DNA from: an uncultured Acidimicrobiia bacterium
GTDB taxonomy: Bacteria; Actinomycetota; Acidimicrobiia; Acidimicrobiales; AC-14
Reading direction: 5' to 3'
NCBI GenBank assembly: GCA_963836205.1
Contig: CAWIIV010000015.1
Location: 423,323-487,322, forward strand
Length of the DNA: 64,000 bases
This document shows positions 29,806 through 39,670 of this stretch, piece by piece (positions within the stretch are counted from its first letter, which is position 1; each line of letters begins with the position of its first letter). Under the pieces are notes generated by a model. The model saw only the letters and a program-made list of their open reading frames with translations. It was not told where the DNA came from and ran no database searches. The position numbers were made by a program, and so were the translations under genes.

Positions 29806-31050
29806 GTGACGTCCGAGCGACCTGGGTCCGGACAACATGAGATCGAGCGGATCTTCCGGCATGAGTCCGGACGAGCGGTTGCGGTCCTGGTCCGCCTCTT
29901 CGGAGACATCGACGTCGCCGAGGAGGCGGTCCAGGACGCGTTCGTGGTGGCCGTGCAACGGTGGCCGGAGGCCGGCGTCCCGCCCAGCCCCGCGGGTTGG
30001 ATCATCACCACCGCCCGCAATCGGGCCATCGACCGGCTCCGAAGGGAGTCGTCCCGCGACGACCGTCATGCCCAGGCTGCGCTCCTGCAGACCCCCGACG
30101 AGCCGATGGAGGTGGGACCCGTGCACGACGACCGCCTCCGACTGATCTTCACCTGCTGCCACCCGGCGCTGGCCCCCGCGGCCCAGGTGGCGCTGACCCT
30201 CCGCCTCATCGCCGGGCTCCAGACCACCGAGATCGCCCGGTCGTTCCTCGTGCCCGAGACCACCATGGCCCAACGGCTGGTGCGGGCCAAGAACAAGATC
30301 CGGGCGGCCAACATCCCCTACCGGATTCCGGGCGACGCCGAGCTTCCCGACCGGCTGCGGCCGGTGCTGGCGGTGGTGTACCTGGTGTTCAACGAGGGCT
30401 ACGTCGCCACCGCGGGGGACGACCTGGTGCGGGCCGAGCTGTGCGAGGAGGCCATCCGCCTGGCCCGCCTGCTGGCCGACCTCATGCCCGACGAGGCCGA
30501 GGTTCTCGGTCTGCTTGCCCTCTTGCTGTTGACGGAGTCGCGCCGGCCGGCCCGCACCGCCCCCGACGGGTCGATCGTGCGCCTGCCCGACCAGGACCGG
30601 TCGCTCTGGGACCGGACGCTGGTCGCCGAAGGCCAGGCGCTCGTGCGGGCCTGCCTGCGCCGCAACCAACCCGGTCCCTACCAGATCCAGGCCGCCATCA
30701 ACGCCGTCCACAGCGACGCGCCGACCGCGGGCGACACCGACTGGTCGCAGATCGTGCGCCTCTACGACCAGCTCCTGGTGGTCGCGCCGACCCCTGTGGT
30801 CGCCCTCAACCGGGGCATCGCCGTGGCCGAGCTCGACGGGCCCGCGGTCGCCTTCGCCGCCGTCAACGGGCTCGACCTCGACGGCTACCACCTCTTCCAC
30901 GCCACCCGGGCCGACCTCCTCGAACGCCTCGGCCGCGTCGACGAGGCCCTCGCCGCCTACGCCGCGGCCCTGGAGCGGACGACCAACGTCGCCGAGCAGC
31001 GCCTGCTCCAACAGCGCCGCGACGCTCTCGACCGCAGTCGACATCACTGA
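29806..31050 (+). CDS. ECF sigma factor with TPR-like C-terminal extension (ECF42-like)
   Basis: [31 protein letters not shown]; follows a YciI gene. Confidence 0.9.
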   Translation: MTSERPGSGQHEIERIFRHESGRAVAVLVRLFGDIDVAEEAVQDAFVVAVQRWPEAGVPPSPAGWIITTARNRAIDRLRRESSRDDRHAQAALLQTPDEPMEVGPVHDDRLRLIFTCCHPALAPAAQVALTLRLIAGLQTTEIARSFLVPETTMAQRLVRAKNKIRAANIPYRIPGDAELPDRLRPVLAVVYLVFNEGYVATAGDDLVRAELCEEAIRLARLLADLMPDEAEVLGLLALLLLTESRRPARTAPDGSIVRLPDQDRSLWDRTLVAEGQALVRACLRRNQPGPYQIQAAINAVHSDAPTAGDTDWSQIVRLYDQLLVVAPTPVVALNRGIAVAELDGPAVAFAAVNGLDLDGYHLFHATRADLLERLGRVDEALAAYAAALERTTNVAEQRLLQQRRDALDRSRHH

Positions 31051-31068
31051 CCGGGACGAGCCTCGAGC

Positions 31069-31536
31069 TCAGCTGCCCTTGCCGCGGGCGGATGGTCGGG
31101 CTCGGGCCCGCTCGTAGGCGGCGACGAAGTCGTCGACCGAGGTATGGGCGATCACCTCGCCCACGACGTCGAGGGCGAGGTCGTCGAGCGAGCGGAACCG
31201 GAGGCAGCTCTTGCCCATGTCGAGCTTCTTGCCGGTGGCCGCCCACCGATCCCGGAGCTGGTCCTGGGCGCCGTCCTCGCCGTAGACACCCATCAGGTAC
31301 AGCGACATGTGCCGCTTCTGGTTGGCAAGGGAGGCGACGGCCAGGGCCTGGCCGTTGTAGGTGTCTGGATAGCGGGCCAGGGGCACCACGTAGCTGATCA
31401 TCCCGTACTGCATGACCTCCTCGAACCCCGCCGGGAGGTGGTCGAGGATCACCCGGCGCACGGCCTCGATGGTCTCCCGGCGGTCGTCGGGGAGCTCGGC
31501 CAGATAGGCGTCCACAATGACGGCGGCGCTGTCCAT
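31069..31536 (-). CDS. DUF1801 domain protein
   Basis: YGMISYVVP, ANQKRHMSLY, LDMGKSCLRF. Confidence 0.85.
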   Translation of the reverse strand: MDSAAVIVDAYLAELPDDRRETIEAVRRVILDHLPAGFEEVMQYGMISYVVPLARYPDTYNGQALAVASLANQKRHMSLYLMGVYGEDGAQDQLRDRWAATGKKLDMGKSCLRFRSLDDLALDVVGEVIAHTSVDDFVAAYERARARPSARGKGS

Positions 31537-31649
31537 GGCCTCATGTTTCCACAAACCGTGGAATACCCTGGGATAACCGAGCGAGATATGCAAGGTCGCG
31601 TCGAGGGCGCGTGGTGACATGCAACTGCGCATGGCTTATGCTCTGGGCT

Positions 31650-31895
31650 GTGCCCCGCACGATCCAGATCCGCGACCTCGACGACGATGTCTACGCCGCC
31701 CTCGCACGACGGTCGGCCGAGGCGGGGATCACCGTGCCCGAGCTCCTCCGGCAGGAGGCGACCCGGTTGGCCAACCGTCCCAGCGTGGAGGAGTGGCTGG
31801 CCCGCACCCGAAGGCGGCCATCGAGGGTCACCACGGCCGAGGTGCTCGACGCCCTGGACGACCAGCGAGGCCCGTGGCCTGATGCTGGTGGTTGA
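31650..31895 (+). CDS. vapB: RHH antitoxin (VapB/FitA-like)
   Basis: TIQIRDLDDDVYAALARRSAEAG; overlaps the PIN gene. Confidence 0.8.
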   Translation: MPRTIQIRDLDDDVYAALARRSAEAGITVPELLRQEATRLANRPSVEEWLARTRRRPSRVTTAEVLDALDDQRGPWPDAGG

Positions 31896-32283
31896 CGCGG
31901 CCTGCCTGTTCGAGGTGGTTGCCGACACGGCCGTATCGGAATCCATCCGTCGCCGGCTGGCGGCCGACCCCGACCACGCCGCCCCCCACCTCGTCGACGC
32001 CGAGGTTATCGGTGTGATCCGCCGCCACTACCTGGCGGGCATGCTCGATACCACCGCCGCAACCCAGGCCGTCGATGACCTGCGGGACTGGCCCGGAGAG
32101 CGCTACGGCCACCGGGCGCTCCTGCCCCGGGCCTGGGAGCTGCGGGCGACAATCCGCTCGTGGGACGCACTCTACGTCGCCTTGGCCGAGGCTCTGGGAG
32201 CGACACTGCTCACCGCCGATTCACGGCTTGCCGCCGCGCCCGGTCCGACCTGCCCGATCACCGTCGTAGGGCGGGCGTCCTAG
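31882..32283 (+). CDS. vapC: PIN-domain toxin
   Basis: MLVVDA, APHLVDAEV, DALYVALAE, LLTAD.RL. Confidence 0.9.
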   Translation: MLVVDAACLFEVVADTAVSESIRRRLAADPDHAAPHLVDAEVIGVIRRHYLAGMLDTTAATQAVDDLRDWPGERYGHRALLPRAWELRATIRSWDALYVALAEALGATLLTADSRLAAAPGPTCPITVVGRAS

Positions 32284-32287
32284 ACGA

Positions 32288-32434
32288 TCAGAAGATCAGG
32301 ACCAGGAGCAGGATGATCAGGAGGATCCCGCCCAGGCCGATCCCGCCGCCGCGGTACCTTCCGCCGCCGTAGCCGTAGCCGCCGCCGACGGACAGCAGGA
32401 TCAGGACGATGAGGATGATCAGGAGGAGGCTCAT
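32288..32434 (-). CDS. 48-aa membrane peptide (DUF3309-like), below the ORF-track cutoff
   Basis: MSLLLIILIVLILLSVGGGYGYGGGRYRGGGIGLGGILLIILLLVLIF*. Confidence 0.8.
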   Translation of the reverse strand: MSLLLIILIVLILLSVGGGYGYGGGRYRGGGIGLGGILLIILLLVLIF

Positions 32435-32476
32435 ACCGGCACTGTCACCGCCGGACTCCCGGCCGAAACTCCGGCG

Positions 32477-33322
32477 TCAGACGGTGGGGGCGGCGAAGGT
32501 GTCGCAGGCGGTGATGGAGCCCGACTGGTAGCCGGTGAGGAACCACCGCTGGCGCTGCTCCGACGAGCCGTGGGTGAACGACTCCGGGTTGACCTGGCCC
32601 TGCACCTTCTCCTGGATGCGGTCGTCACCGATGGCGGAGGCGGCGTCGAGCCCGTCGGCGATGTCCTGCTCGGTGAGCTCCTCGATGAAGCCGGTGTCGA
32701 CCGCGCCCTTGGCCCACATGCCGGCCAGGCAGTCGGCCTGGAGCTCCACCCGGACGCCCGGGCTCTGGGGCCCGGTCTCCTCGCCCCGGGCCCGGCCGAG
32801 CACGCCCCTGATGTTCTCGACGTGGTGGCCGTACTCGTGGCCGATCACGTAGGCCTCGGCGAAGGGCCCGCCCTGGGCGCCGAACTGGGAGCGGAGGTCG
32901 TCGTAGAAGCCGAGGTCGATGTAGACCTGCTCGTCGCTCGAACAGTAGAAGGGCCCGACGGCCGACGTCCCCAGGCCGCAACCGGTCTGGACCTGGCCCT
33001 TGTAGAAGACGGTGGTCGCCTCCCGGTAGCCGGGCAGGGCGTCGGTCCAGTAGGCCTGGACACTGTTGATGACGGCCACGATGCGGCAGTCGTCCCGCTG
33101 GTTGGCGTCCTCGCCGGTGACGCACTCGGTGGACAGATCGGAGTCGAGCCCTCCCAGGGACGGGAGGGTGGGGCCGCCCTCGCCCCCGCCGCTGCCCGTC
33201 AGCAGCTGGAAGACCAGGAAGAGGACACCCACCAAACCCCCACCACCGGCCAGCAGCGGCCCCGCGCTGCGGCGGTCGGACACCTGCGACGTGTCGAGCT
33301 GGGCGTCCCCACGAAATCGCAC
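32477..33322 (-). CDS. Neutral zinc metallopeptidase (YpfJ-like)
   Basis: GPFYC, HEYGHH, ELQADCLAG, THGSSEQRQRWF. Confidence 0.92.
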   Translation of the reverse strand: MRFRGDAQLDTSQVSDRRSAGPLLAGGGGLVGVLFLVFQLLTGSGGGEGGPTLPSLGGLDSDLSTECVTGEDANQRDDCRIVAVINSVQAYWTDALPGYREATTVFYKGQVQTGCGLGTSAVGPFYCSSDEQVYIDLGFYDDLRSQFGAQGGPFAEAYVIGHEYGHHVENIRGVLGRARGEETGPQSPGVRVELQADCLAGMWAKGAVDTGFIEELTEQDIADGLDAASAIGDDRIQEKVQGQVNPESFTHGSSEQRQRWFLTGYQSGSITACDTFAAPTV

Positions 33323-33386
33323 CTTGGTACCTCCATCTGGGTAAGTGGGGATATGCATTCCCCGTCAGGCACGAGAGGAGTCAACC

Positions 33387-33596
33387 ATGACGACGACCGG
33401 GGCGGAACCCGACACCTGGTATTGGTGCATCAAGCACGGCCAGGTCGAACGGGGCGCCGACAGCAACTGCCCGCCGGACGACCGTCTCGGGCCCTACGAG
33501 TCGAAGGAAGCGGCCCAGAACTGGCGCCAGCGGGTCGACGCCCGCAACGAGAAGTGGGAGGAGGACGACAAGAAGTGGTCGGGCGAGGGCGACTGA
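33387..33596 (+). CDS. Small conserved actinobacterial protein
   Basis: WYWCIKH..VE...C...DRLGPY.S.EAA...RNEKW; GAGGAG RBS. Confidence 0.8.
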   Translation: MTTTGAEPDTWYWCIKHGQVERGADSNCPPDDRLGPYESKEAAQNWRQRVDARNEKWEEDDKKWSGEGD

Positions 33597-33612
33597 CGCC
33601 CGGCGGCCCGGG

Positions 33613-34440
33613 TCACGGCAGGGTCGGCAGCACCTCGGTGGCGAAGGCCTGGACGCGGGGCCAGCCCTCGGCGGGCCAGCTGGCGATCAGGTGGGAGACA
33701 CCCAGGGCGACCAGGTCGTCGACCCGCCGGCGGACCTCGGTCCACGGCTCCGACAGCGACAGGTTGGTCGAGCAGGCGATGGTGGACGGGTCGCGGCCGG
33801 CCTCCTCCGCCGCCCGGCGGACGATGGCGAGCTTGCGGGTCATCTCCGCGGGCGGGCCGAAGCCGTGCCACACGTCGGCCTGGCGCCCGGCGACGGGCAG
33901 GGTCAGGCGCTCGCCACCGGCGCCCACCCAGACCGGCGGGTGCGGCCGCTGCACCGGTTTGGGGCTGTAATACCCGCCCCGCAGGTGAAAGTGGCGACCG
34001 TCGAAGTCGGCATCGTCCTCGGTCCACAGCAGGCGACACACCTGGATCGCCTCCTCCAATCGCTCCGCCCGCACCCTCACCGGCGGGAAGTCGATCCCCA
34101 GCCGCTCGTGCTCGGGGGCGTGCCAGGCGGCGCCGATGCCGAGGTTGACCCGTCCCCCGGAGACGTGGTCGACGGTGACGATCTCGGCCGCCAGCAGCGC
34201 CGGGTGGCGATAGGTGACCCCGGTGACGAGGACGCCCAGGCGGATGCGCGACGTGGCCCCGGCCAGGGCCGCCAGAGCGGTGTACGCCTCCAGGCAGGGA
34301 CCCCGGGCGTCGCCGTACAACGGCGTGAAGTGGTCGAACACCCACGCCGACTCGAATCCGGCGTCCTCCGCGAACCGGGTGCGGGCGAGGAGCTCGTCCC
34401 ACGTGAGCTGGTGCTGGGAGACGTCGACACCGATGAGCAT
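33613..34440 (-). CDS. LLM-class, probably F420-dependent, oxidoreductase
   Basis: WVFDHF, RLGVLVTGVTYRHP, SGGRVNLGIGAAW, PKPVQRPHPP. Confidence 0.9.
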   Translation of the reverse strand: MLIGVDVSQHQLTWDELLARTRFAEDAGFESAWVFDHFTPLYGDARGPCLEAYTALAALAGATSRIRLGVLVTGVTYRHPALLAAEIVTVDHVSGGRVNLGIGAAWHAPEHERLGIDFPPVRVRAERLEEAIQVCRLLWTEDDADFDGRHFHLRGGYYSPKPVQRPHPPVWVGAGGERLTLPVAGRQADVWHGFGPPAEMTRKLAIVRRAAEEAGRDPSTIACSTNLSLSEPWTEVRRRVDDLVALGVSHLIASWPAEGWPRVQAFATEVLPTLP

Positions 34441-34565
34441 CGGTCCAGGCTGCCACGACCGACCGCCCGGGCCGGAACCTCGCCCGGGTGAGCCGGGGTC
34501 TTCGGCAACGAGGCCCGACCGTTGACACCCAGACCGGCGCGACCTGCTGCGAGGATGGACAGGTG

Positions 34566-35303
34566 ATGGCCGAGGATCCACAGGCGAAGGCAACGGCCAC
34601 GGTCGCGCCCGGAGACGATCCCCCGCCGGCGGGGTTCACCCGCTTCCTCCCGAAGAGGCCACTCGGATGGATCGCCTCGATGGCCGCGCTCATGTACTTC
34701 GCGGCCTCGATCGGCTACATCCTCGGCATCCGCTACGACAGCTCACCCGACCCGAACCAGGTCGACGTGGGCTTCCTGCAGGACATGATCAGCCACCACG
34801 AGCAGGCGGTCGAGATGTCCAACATCGAGCTGGCCGACGGCGCGGTGCCTGACGTCCAGGCGTTCGCCCGGGAGATCCTCACCTTCCAGGCCTACGAGAT
34901 CGGCCTGATGGAGGGAAGGCTGGCGCACTGGGGTCTCGGCCCCGCCGACCGGCCGGAGATGGCTATGGCCTGGATGGATCTGCCGGTGCCCGTCGACCAG
35001 ATGCCCGGCCTGGCCAGCGAGGAGGAGATGGCGCGAATCCGCCGGGCCGGAGGGACCGAGATCGATGCCCTGTTCGTCCGGCTGATGCAGGACCACCACC
35101 GGGGCGGCGCCCACATGGCCGAGTACGCGGCGGAGGCCGGGTCCGACCCCGCAGTGCGAGAACTGGCCGCTCGCATGGCTCGCAATCAGCGCATCGAGGT
35201 TCGCGAGCTGGAGGCGGCACGGGAACGGGCCGGGTTGGCCCCCGAGCCGGACGGCTACATCCCTTCGGTCATCCCCTCCGGCCACGACCGCCACGGCGGC
35301 TGA
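34566..35303 (+). CDS. DUF305 (ferritin-like) membrane-anchored protein
   Basis: FLQDMISHHEQAVEM, MPGLAS, LMQDHHRGGAHMA. Confidence 0.88.
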   Translation: MAEDPQAKATATVAPGDDPPPAGFTRFLPKRPLGWIASMAALMYFAASIGYILGIRYDSSPDPNQVDVGFLQDMISHHEQAVEMSNIELADGAVPDVQAFAREILTFQAYEIGLMEGRLAHWGLGPADRPEMAMAWMDLPVPVDQMPGLASEEEMARIRRAGGTEIDALFVRLMQDHHRGGAHMAEYAAEAGSDPAVRELAARMARNQRIEVRELEAARERAGLAPEPDGYIPSVIPSGHDRHGG

Positions 35304-35339
35304 AGTCGGTCGCACGCGCTTCCGAGGCGCGTCAGCGGC

Positions 35340-36650
35340 TCAGGACGGGGTGCCCACCGCCGATTCGAGGCCGGCGATCGGGTCCGGCTCGATCGAGAAG
35401 TCGAGGGCCCGCAGCTGGCCGAGGACACGGGCCAGGGACTGGGGAGAAAGGTCGGTGTCGACCGTGATCACGGTGCCGCCGACGACGATCTGGGCGTAGG
35501 TGAACTCGTCGTCGTAGGACTCGATCCAGCCCCGGTTCGCCCCCGCGGTGAACGGCTCGGAGTCGGGCGGGGCGTCGGTGTCGGCGCAGTCGGACGCCGA
35601 TTCGTACAGGTACAGGTACCCGTACGACTCGTCGTCGGGGTCGATGTAGTCGAGCTCGACCTGCTCGCAGCCGTCGTCGCTCTCGTCGGCCGGGACGAGG
35701 TCGGCGTAGTCGAGGACCCACCCCTCGGGGATGCCGCGGGGCTGGAGGAGGGGTGCGTCGTCGAAGTCGGCGATGCTCTCCTCTTCGATGTTGGGCGTGC
35801 GGTCGACATCGGCTTCGGCCGGCGCCTCGACGTCGACCGGCTCGCCCCACGCCGAGAACTCCTGCTCCAGCCGGGAATCGGAGCGGAAGCTCGGGAACTC
35901 GTCTCCGCCCTCGACCTCGATGCTCTGCTCCACGACCGACCGCACCGGCCGGCCGTCGTCGGCCAGGGTGATCTCGAGCGTTCCCTGGTGGCGTTCGGTG
36001 ACCTCGGACGGCTCCTCGTCGCGGGGGTCGAGGCCGGCCCGCACGACCGTCTCGTCCCCGTTCCGGGACACGACGCTGGGGGCGACAGTCCGGTCGAGCA
36101 GCCGGGTCAGGCCGCCGACGTCGCTCTCCTGGTCCGATGCGAAGGCGAAGAACCCGCCGAAACCGCCGAAGAGGCCGTCGGACGGTTCCTCCTCGAAGGC
36201 TTCGTCGAAGAAGCCGGTGTCGGTCCACTTCCTGTCGGCCAACTCGTCCTCGTCGCCCGCGTAGCGGACCCACGTCTCGTCGCCGACGACGATCGACTCG
36301 AAAACCGACCCGTCGGAACGGGTCACCACCCGGGTGCGGTCGGGATCGACGGCGACGCCCTCGATCACGGCCCGGTTGACCATCGTCGACGCCTGGTCCC
36401 GGGGGACCTCCTCGTCGTCCTCGCCCGTGAACCCGAACGAGCCGAGGGACGACTCCTGGCGGCTGGTGGCCCGGAAGGCGACCGTCTTGTGCTCGACCAC
36501 GAAGCGCCGGGCCTCGGCCAGCAGCTCCTCGGCCGTGGGCTCGTCGCGGGTGACGCGCACGATCGCCGCCGAGGTCGACGTGGCGAAAACGGCCACCGCC
36601 GAGATCCCGACGACGAGCTGCGCCAACCGATTCCGCCGTGTCGTCGTCAT
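35340..36650 (-). CDS. Acidic exported hypothetical protein (LppX/LolA-like fold possible)
   Basis: N-terminal signal/TM; FSAWGEPVDVEAP motif. Confidence 0.6.
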   Translation of the reverse strand: MTTTRRNRLAQLVVGISAVAVFATSTSAAIVRVTRDEPTAEELLAEARRFVVEHKTVAFRATSRQESSLGSFGFTGEDDEEVPRDQASTMVNRAVIEGVAVDPDRTRVVTRSDGSVFESIVVGDETWVRYAGDEDELADRKWTDTGFFDEAFEEEPSDGLFGGFGGFFAFASDQESDVGGLTRLLDRTVAPSVVSRNGDETVVRAGLDPRDEEPSEVTERHQGTLEITLADDGRPVRSVVEQSIEVEGGDEFPSFRSDSRLEQEFSAWGEPVDVEAPAEADVDRTPNIEEESIADFDDAPLLQPRGIPEGWVLDYADLVPADESDDGCEQVELDYIDPDDESYGYLYLYESASDCADTDAPPDSEPFTAGANRGWIESYDDEFTYAQIVVGGTVITVDTDLSPQSLARVLGQLRALDFSIEPDPIAGLESAVGTPS

Positions 36651-36777
36651 CCGCGTCCTATCGACGGGCGACGACCCCCACTTGAGGTTCCCCTCCCCGG
36701 GTGTGGGTACCACCCTTGTTACGGTGATCGGGCATCACTACGGTCAGCGGTTGGGCCACCACGAAAGGACAACGGAC

Positions 36778-37506
36778 GTGGAAACGCGAGCGAGCAGGTC
36801 GACGGGGACGATTCGTTGGCAGGCGGGGCGGGTGCGGGCGAGACGAGCGCTGCGGACGGCGGTGGTGGTGACGGCGGCGGTGGCGGTGCTTGCGGTGCAG
36901 CCCACGCCGGCCCGGGCCGACACGTTCGCCACCAACTTCTTCCCCGCCCACTGGGGCCCCAACCAGCACCTGACGGTGCCGCCCGAGAACCCCTACTACC
37001 GCTCGGTGGCGGTGATCGACAACACCGGTGACCCGTCGCTGAGCCAGCACCTCCAGACGTTCGCCCAGATCATGAACGCCCTGCACAACGGCTACAACAC
37101 CAACTACCCGGTGATCCTGTACTACCAGAACATCTTCTTCGCCCAGGGCCAGCCGTGCGCGCTGGGGCCGCCGCAGTTCCTGGTGCTGTGCAAGGACGAG
37201 ACCCTCGGCGGGGGTTCGCCCAACGCCCCCGGTTCGGCCGCCATCTTCCCCGGTCCCCCTCCCGCCACCCACATCTTCTACGGCATCGGCCGCTTCCGCC
37301 CCAGCCTGGTCGACCCGATGTGCGCCGGCGACAAGTTCACCATCGCGGTGCAGATCTTCAGCAACACCCTCGGGCTCGACTACAACCTGAGCAACCCGGC
37401 TTCGGCCATGTACCCGACCATCCCCCTGGGTCGTTGCACCCTCACCGGCTGGACCCAGGCCGAGCTCGACCGGATGAACACGATGTACAGCCACCCGGTG
37501 GGCTAG
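36778..37506 (+). CDS. Secreted protein resembling a catalytically dead matrixin (M10)
   Basis: Signal peptide ARA-D; QIFSNTLGLDY...SAMYP aligns with HExxHxxGxxH plus Met-turn. Confidence 0.6.
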   Translation: METRASRSTGTIRWQAGRVRARRALRTAVVVTAAVAVLAVQPTPARADTFATNFFPAHWGPNQHLTVPPENPYYRSVAVIDNTGDPSLSQHLQTFAQIMNALHNGYNTNYPVILYYQNIFFAQGQPCALGPPQFLVLCKDETLGGGSPNAPGSAAIFPGPPPATHIFYGIGRFRPSLVDPMCAGDKFTIAVQIFSNTLGLDYNLSNPASAMYPTIPLGRCTLTGWTQAELDRMNTMYSHPVG

Positions 37507-38372
37507 GCGAAGAATCCGCCGAAGCCCTCTTCCTCGGCGGCGCGCTCCCGCTCGGCCTGGGTCACGCCCTGGACCCGTGACGGGGTGACCCGGCCGAGGA
37601 GCATCTTGGCCGCCAGCAGGAGGGCGACGGTCGCCAGCGGTCGCAGGGGCAGCCGGTCGACCGCGACCAACGGCCGCAGCGACCACTCGTCGTCGACCCA
37701 CCCGTCCCGCTCGACCTCGTTGTAGGCCACCCGGGCCACCGCCGACCCACCCGTCTCCACCAGGAGGAGCCCGTCGCCCACGCCGCCGGGCCCGGCCCGG
37801 AGGGCGGCCACCGGGGCGCTGGTCTCGTCGCGGACGTCGATCACCGGGCGGACCCCGCTCTGCCGGCGCAGGTACGTGCCGAGGGCGGCATCGTCGTCGC
37901 CGTAGGCCACCAGGGCGTCGTCGGCCGCGTGGTAGCGGTCGAGGTGGAACAGGCGGCGGCCGTCGAGCTCGAGACAGGCCAGGGGCGGGACGGCCCGGTG
38001 GTCGCGGCCCTCGACGTGGGCTTCGAGGAAGCCGTCGTCACCGACGAAGATCAGCGAGGAGTGGGCCCGGGCCCGGAGCAGGGTGCAGGCCGGCCCGTGC
38101 TCGAAAGGCACCGAACCTGACGCCCGGGACGGGTAGAAGCCCTGGGCGAGGGTGACCGACAGCACGTCGGCCGCCCGCGCCGGGTCGACGGCGAGCTCGG
38201 CCAGGCAGTTGGGGCAGGACTTCATCCGCGCCGGCCAATCCTGGCCGCAGTGGCGACACAGCACCAGGGCCGACAGGGCCTCGTGCTCGACCAGCTCGAC
38301 GAAGCACTCCCGGCAGGCGAGGGTGCCCGTCGGCCACTCCCGGCGGCACGACGGGCACCAGCGGGCGGTCAA
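37503..38372 (-). CDS. Hypothetical protein with two N-terminal zinc ribbons
   Basis: CPSC-CREC and CRHC-CPNC; TTG start overlaps the yceI stop. Confidence 0.65.
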   Translation of the reverse strand: MTARWCPSCRREWPTGTLACRECFVELVEHEALSALVLCRHCGQDWPARMKSCPNCLAELAVDPARAADVLSVTLAQGFYPSRASGSVPFEHGPACTLLRARAHSSLIFVGDDGFLEAHVEGRDHRAVPPLACLELDGRRLFHLDRYHAADDALVAYGDDDAALGTYLRRQSGVRPVIDVRDETSAPVAALRAGPGGVGDGLLLVETGGSAVARVAYNEVERDGWVDDEWSLRPLVAVDRLPLRPLATVALLLAAKMLLGRVTPSRVQGVTQAERERAAEEEGFGGFFA

Positions 38373-39103
38373 CCCCGGGCGAGCAGGAGCTTGAACTCGA
38401 GGGTGGCGTTGTTCTCCACCGTCACGAAGCCACCGACGCTGGGTGGCGTCATGCCGAAGTCGGAGAACGGGAACTGCAACGAGCCCACCACCTGGCCCTG
38501 GTCGCCGGTGAGCTGCACGTCGAGGGGGATGGTGACCAGCTTGGTGACGCCGTGCAGCGTGAGATTGCCGGTGACCTCCGACTTCACCGGCTGTCCCGCC
38601 GAGGTGCCGGCCGGGAGCGTCACCGGGGTGGTGCTGGTGAAGGTGGCCGTCGGGAACCGGTCGGTCTCCAGGCCGGAGGTGCGGATGCGGTTGTCGCGGC
38701 GGTCCTCGTCGCTCTCCAGGCTGGACACGTCGACCTCGACGTTGACCTGGTCGGCCGTCACCTGGGAGCCGGAGCCGGCGACCGTGAGCGAGCCCGTCAC
38801 CGACTCGGTGCGGCCGACGGCGTCGCTCGTGGCCGGCAGGGCGGCCAGCTTCTCCCGCACCCGGTAGCCCGCCACCGACCCGGGGGCCACGGTCCAGTTG
38901 CCCGTGAGGGAGGTCGTCGCCCCCGTCGATCCCGCGACCGTCGTCTGGGTGCTGCCCGAGGGCGTGTCGAGCGTGAGCTTGTCGGGCGAGTCGCTGGTGA
39001 AGAACACCAGGTAGATCACCGCGATCGCGGCCAGGGGGACGACCACCAGGGCCGCAATCACCCACGGGCCGAAGCGACGCGATTTGGACGAGGGAACGTT
39101 CAC
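38369..39103 (-). CDS. YceI family protein, membrane-anchored
   Basis: GYRVRE, RRDNRIR, FPTATF, GNLTLHGVTK. Confidence 0.88.
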   Translation of the reverse strand: MNVPSSKSRRFGPWVIAALVVVPLAAIAVIYLVFFTSDSPDKLTLDTPSGSTQTTVAGSTGATTSLTGNWTVAPGSVAGYRVREKLAALPATSDAVGRTESVTGSLTVAGSGSQVTADQVNVEVDVSSLESDEDRRDNRIRTSGLETDRFPTATFTSTTPVTLPAGTSAGQPVKSEVTGNLTLHGVTKLVTIPLDVQLTGDQGQVVGSLQFPFSDFGMTPPSVGGFVTVENNATLEFKLLLARG

Positions 39104-39239
39104 AGGCCTGCCTCCAAAGAACGGGTGGTCAAGTGTCGCGCGACCTACGGCGGTCGCCGGCCGGTCGGTGCAGGGGGGAGGACCCACCGGCCGGCCGGCG
39201 ACGCCGGTTGGTGCTGCGCCTCCCATTCAGCCCGACCCC

Positions 39240-39257
39240 GCTGTGAACGGGCTGTGA
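39240..39257 (-). promoter_or_regulatory. Direct-repeat response-regulator box (PhoP-like)
   Basis: Minus strand TCACAGC-CCGT-TCACAGC upstream of yceI. Confidence 0.5.
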
Positions 39258-39302
39258 AGGCCCTGCGAGGTTCCTGAACCCGCCGCCGCCCCCGGGTTGG
39301 GG

Positions 39303-39569
39303 TTATGCGGCCCGGGCGGCGCGGGCGGCGGCCTGGCGTCGACGGCGCAGGCGGCGCCGTTCGGTCTCGTCGAGGCCACCCCACACGCCGTCGTCCTGAC
39401 GGGTGGCCAGGGCGTACTCGAGGCACTCCAGGCGGACCGGACAGGTGGCGCACACGGCCTTGGCCGGGCCCGCCTCGGCATCGGTGGCAGGGAAGAAGAT
39501 GTTGGGATCGAGGTCGCGGCACGCGCTCTGCTGCCGCCAGTTTTCCAGCGTTCGCTGTGTCTGACTCAT
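39303..39569 (-). CDS. WhiB family Fe-S transcriptional regulator
   Basis: C...CATCPVRLEC...GVWGG, basic tail. Confidence 0.95.
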   Translation of the reverse strand: MSQTQRTLENWRQQSACRDLDPNIFFPATDAEAGPAKAVCATCPVRLECLEYALATRQDDGVWGGLDETERRRLRRRRQAAARAARAA

Positions 39570-39670
39570 AGCACTCTTGCAACCGAAATCACGGCCGTGG
39601 CATTCCTTACAGCACACCTCGGCCCGACGAGGTCGTGGACGACCGCAGCCGATCACTACCCTTGGAGTGC

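Noticed and set aside
29442-31050. YciI plus long ECF sigma pair
   Set aside because: Well-described ECF42-type arrangement; not novel.
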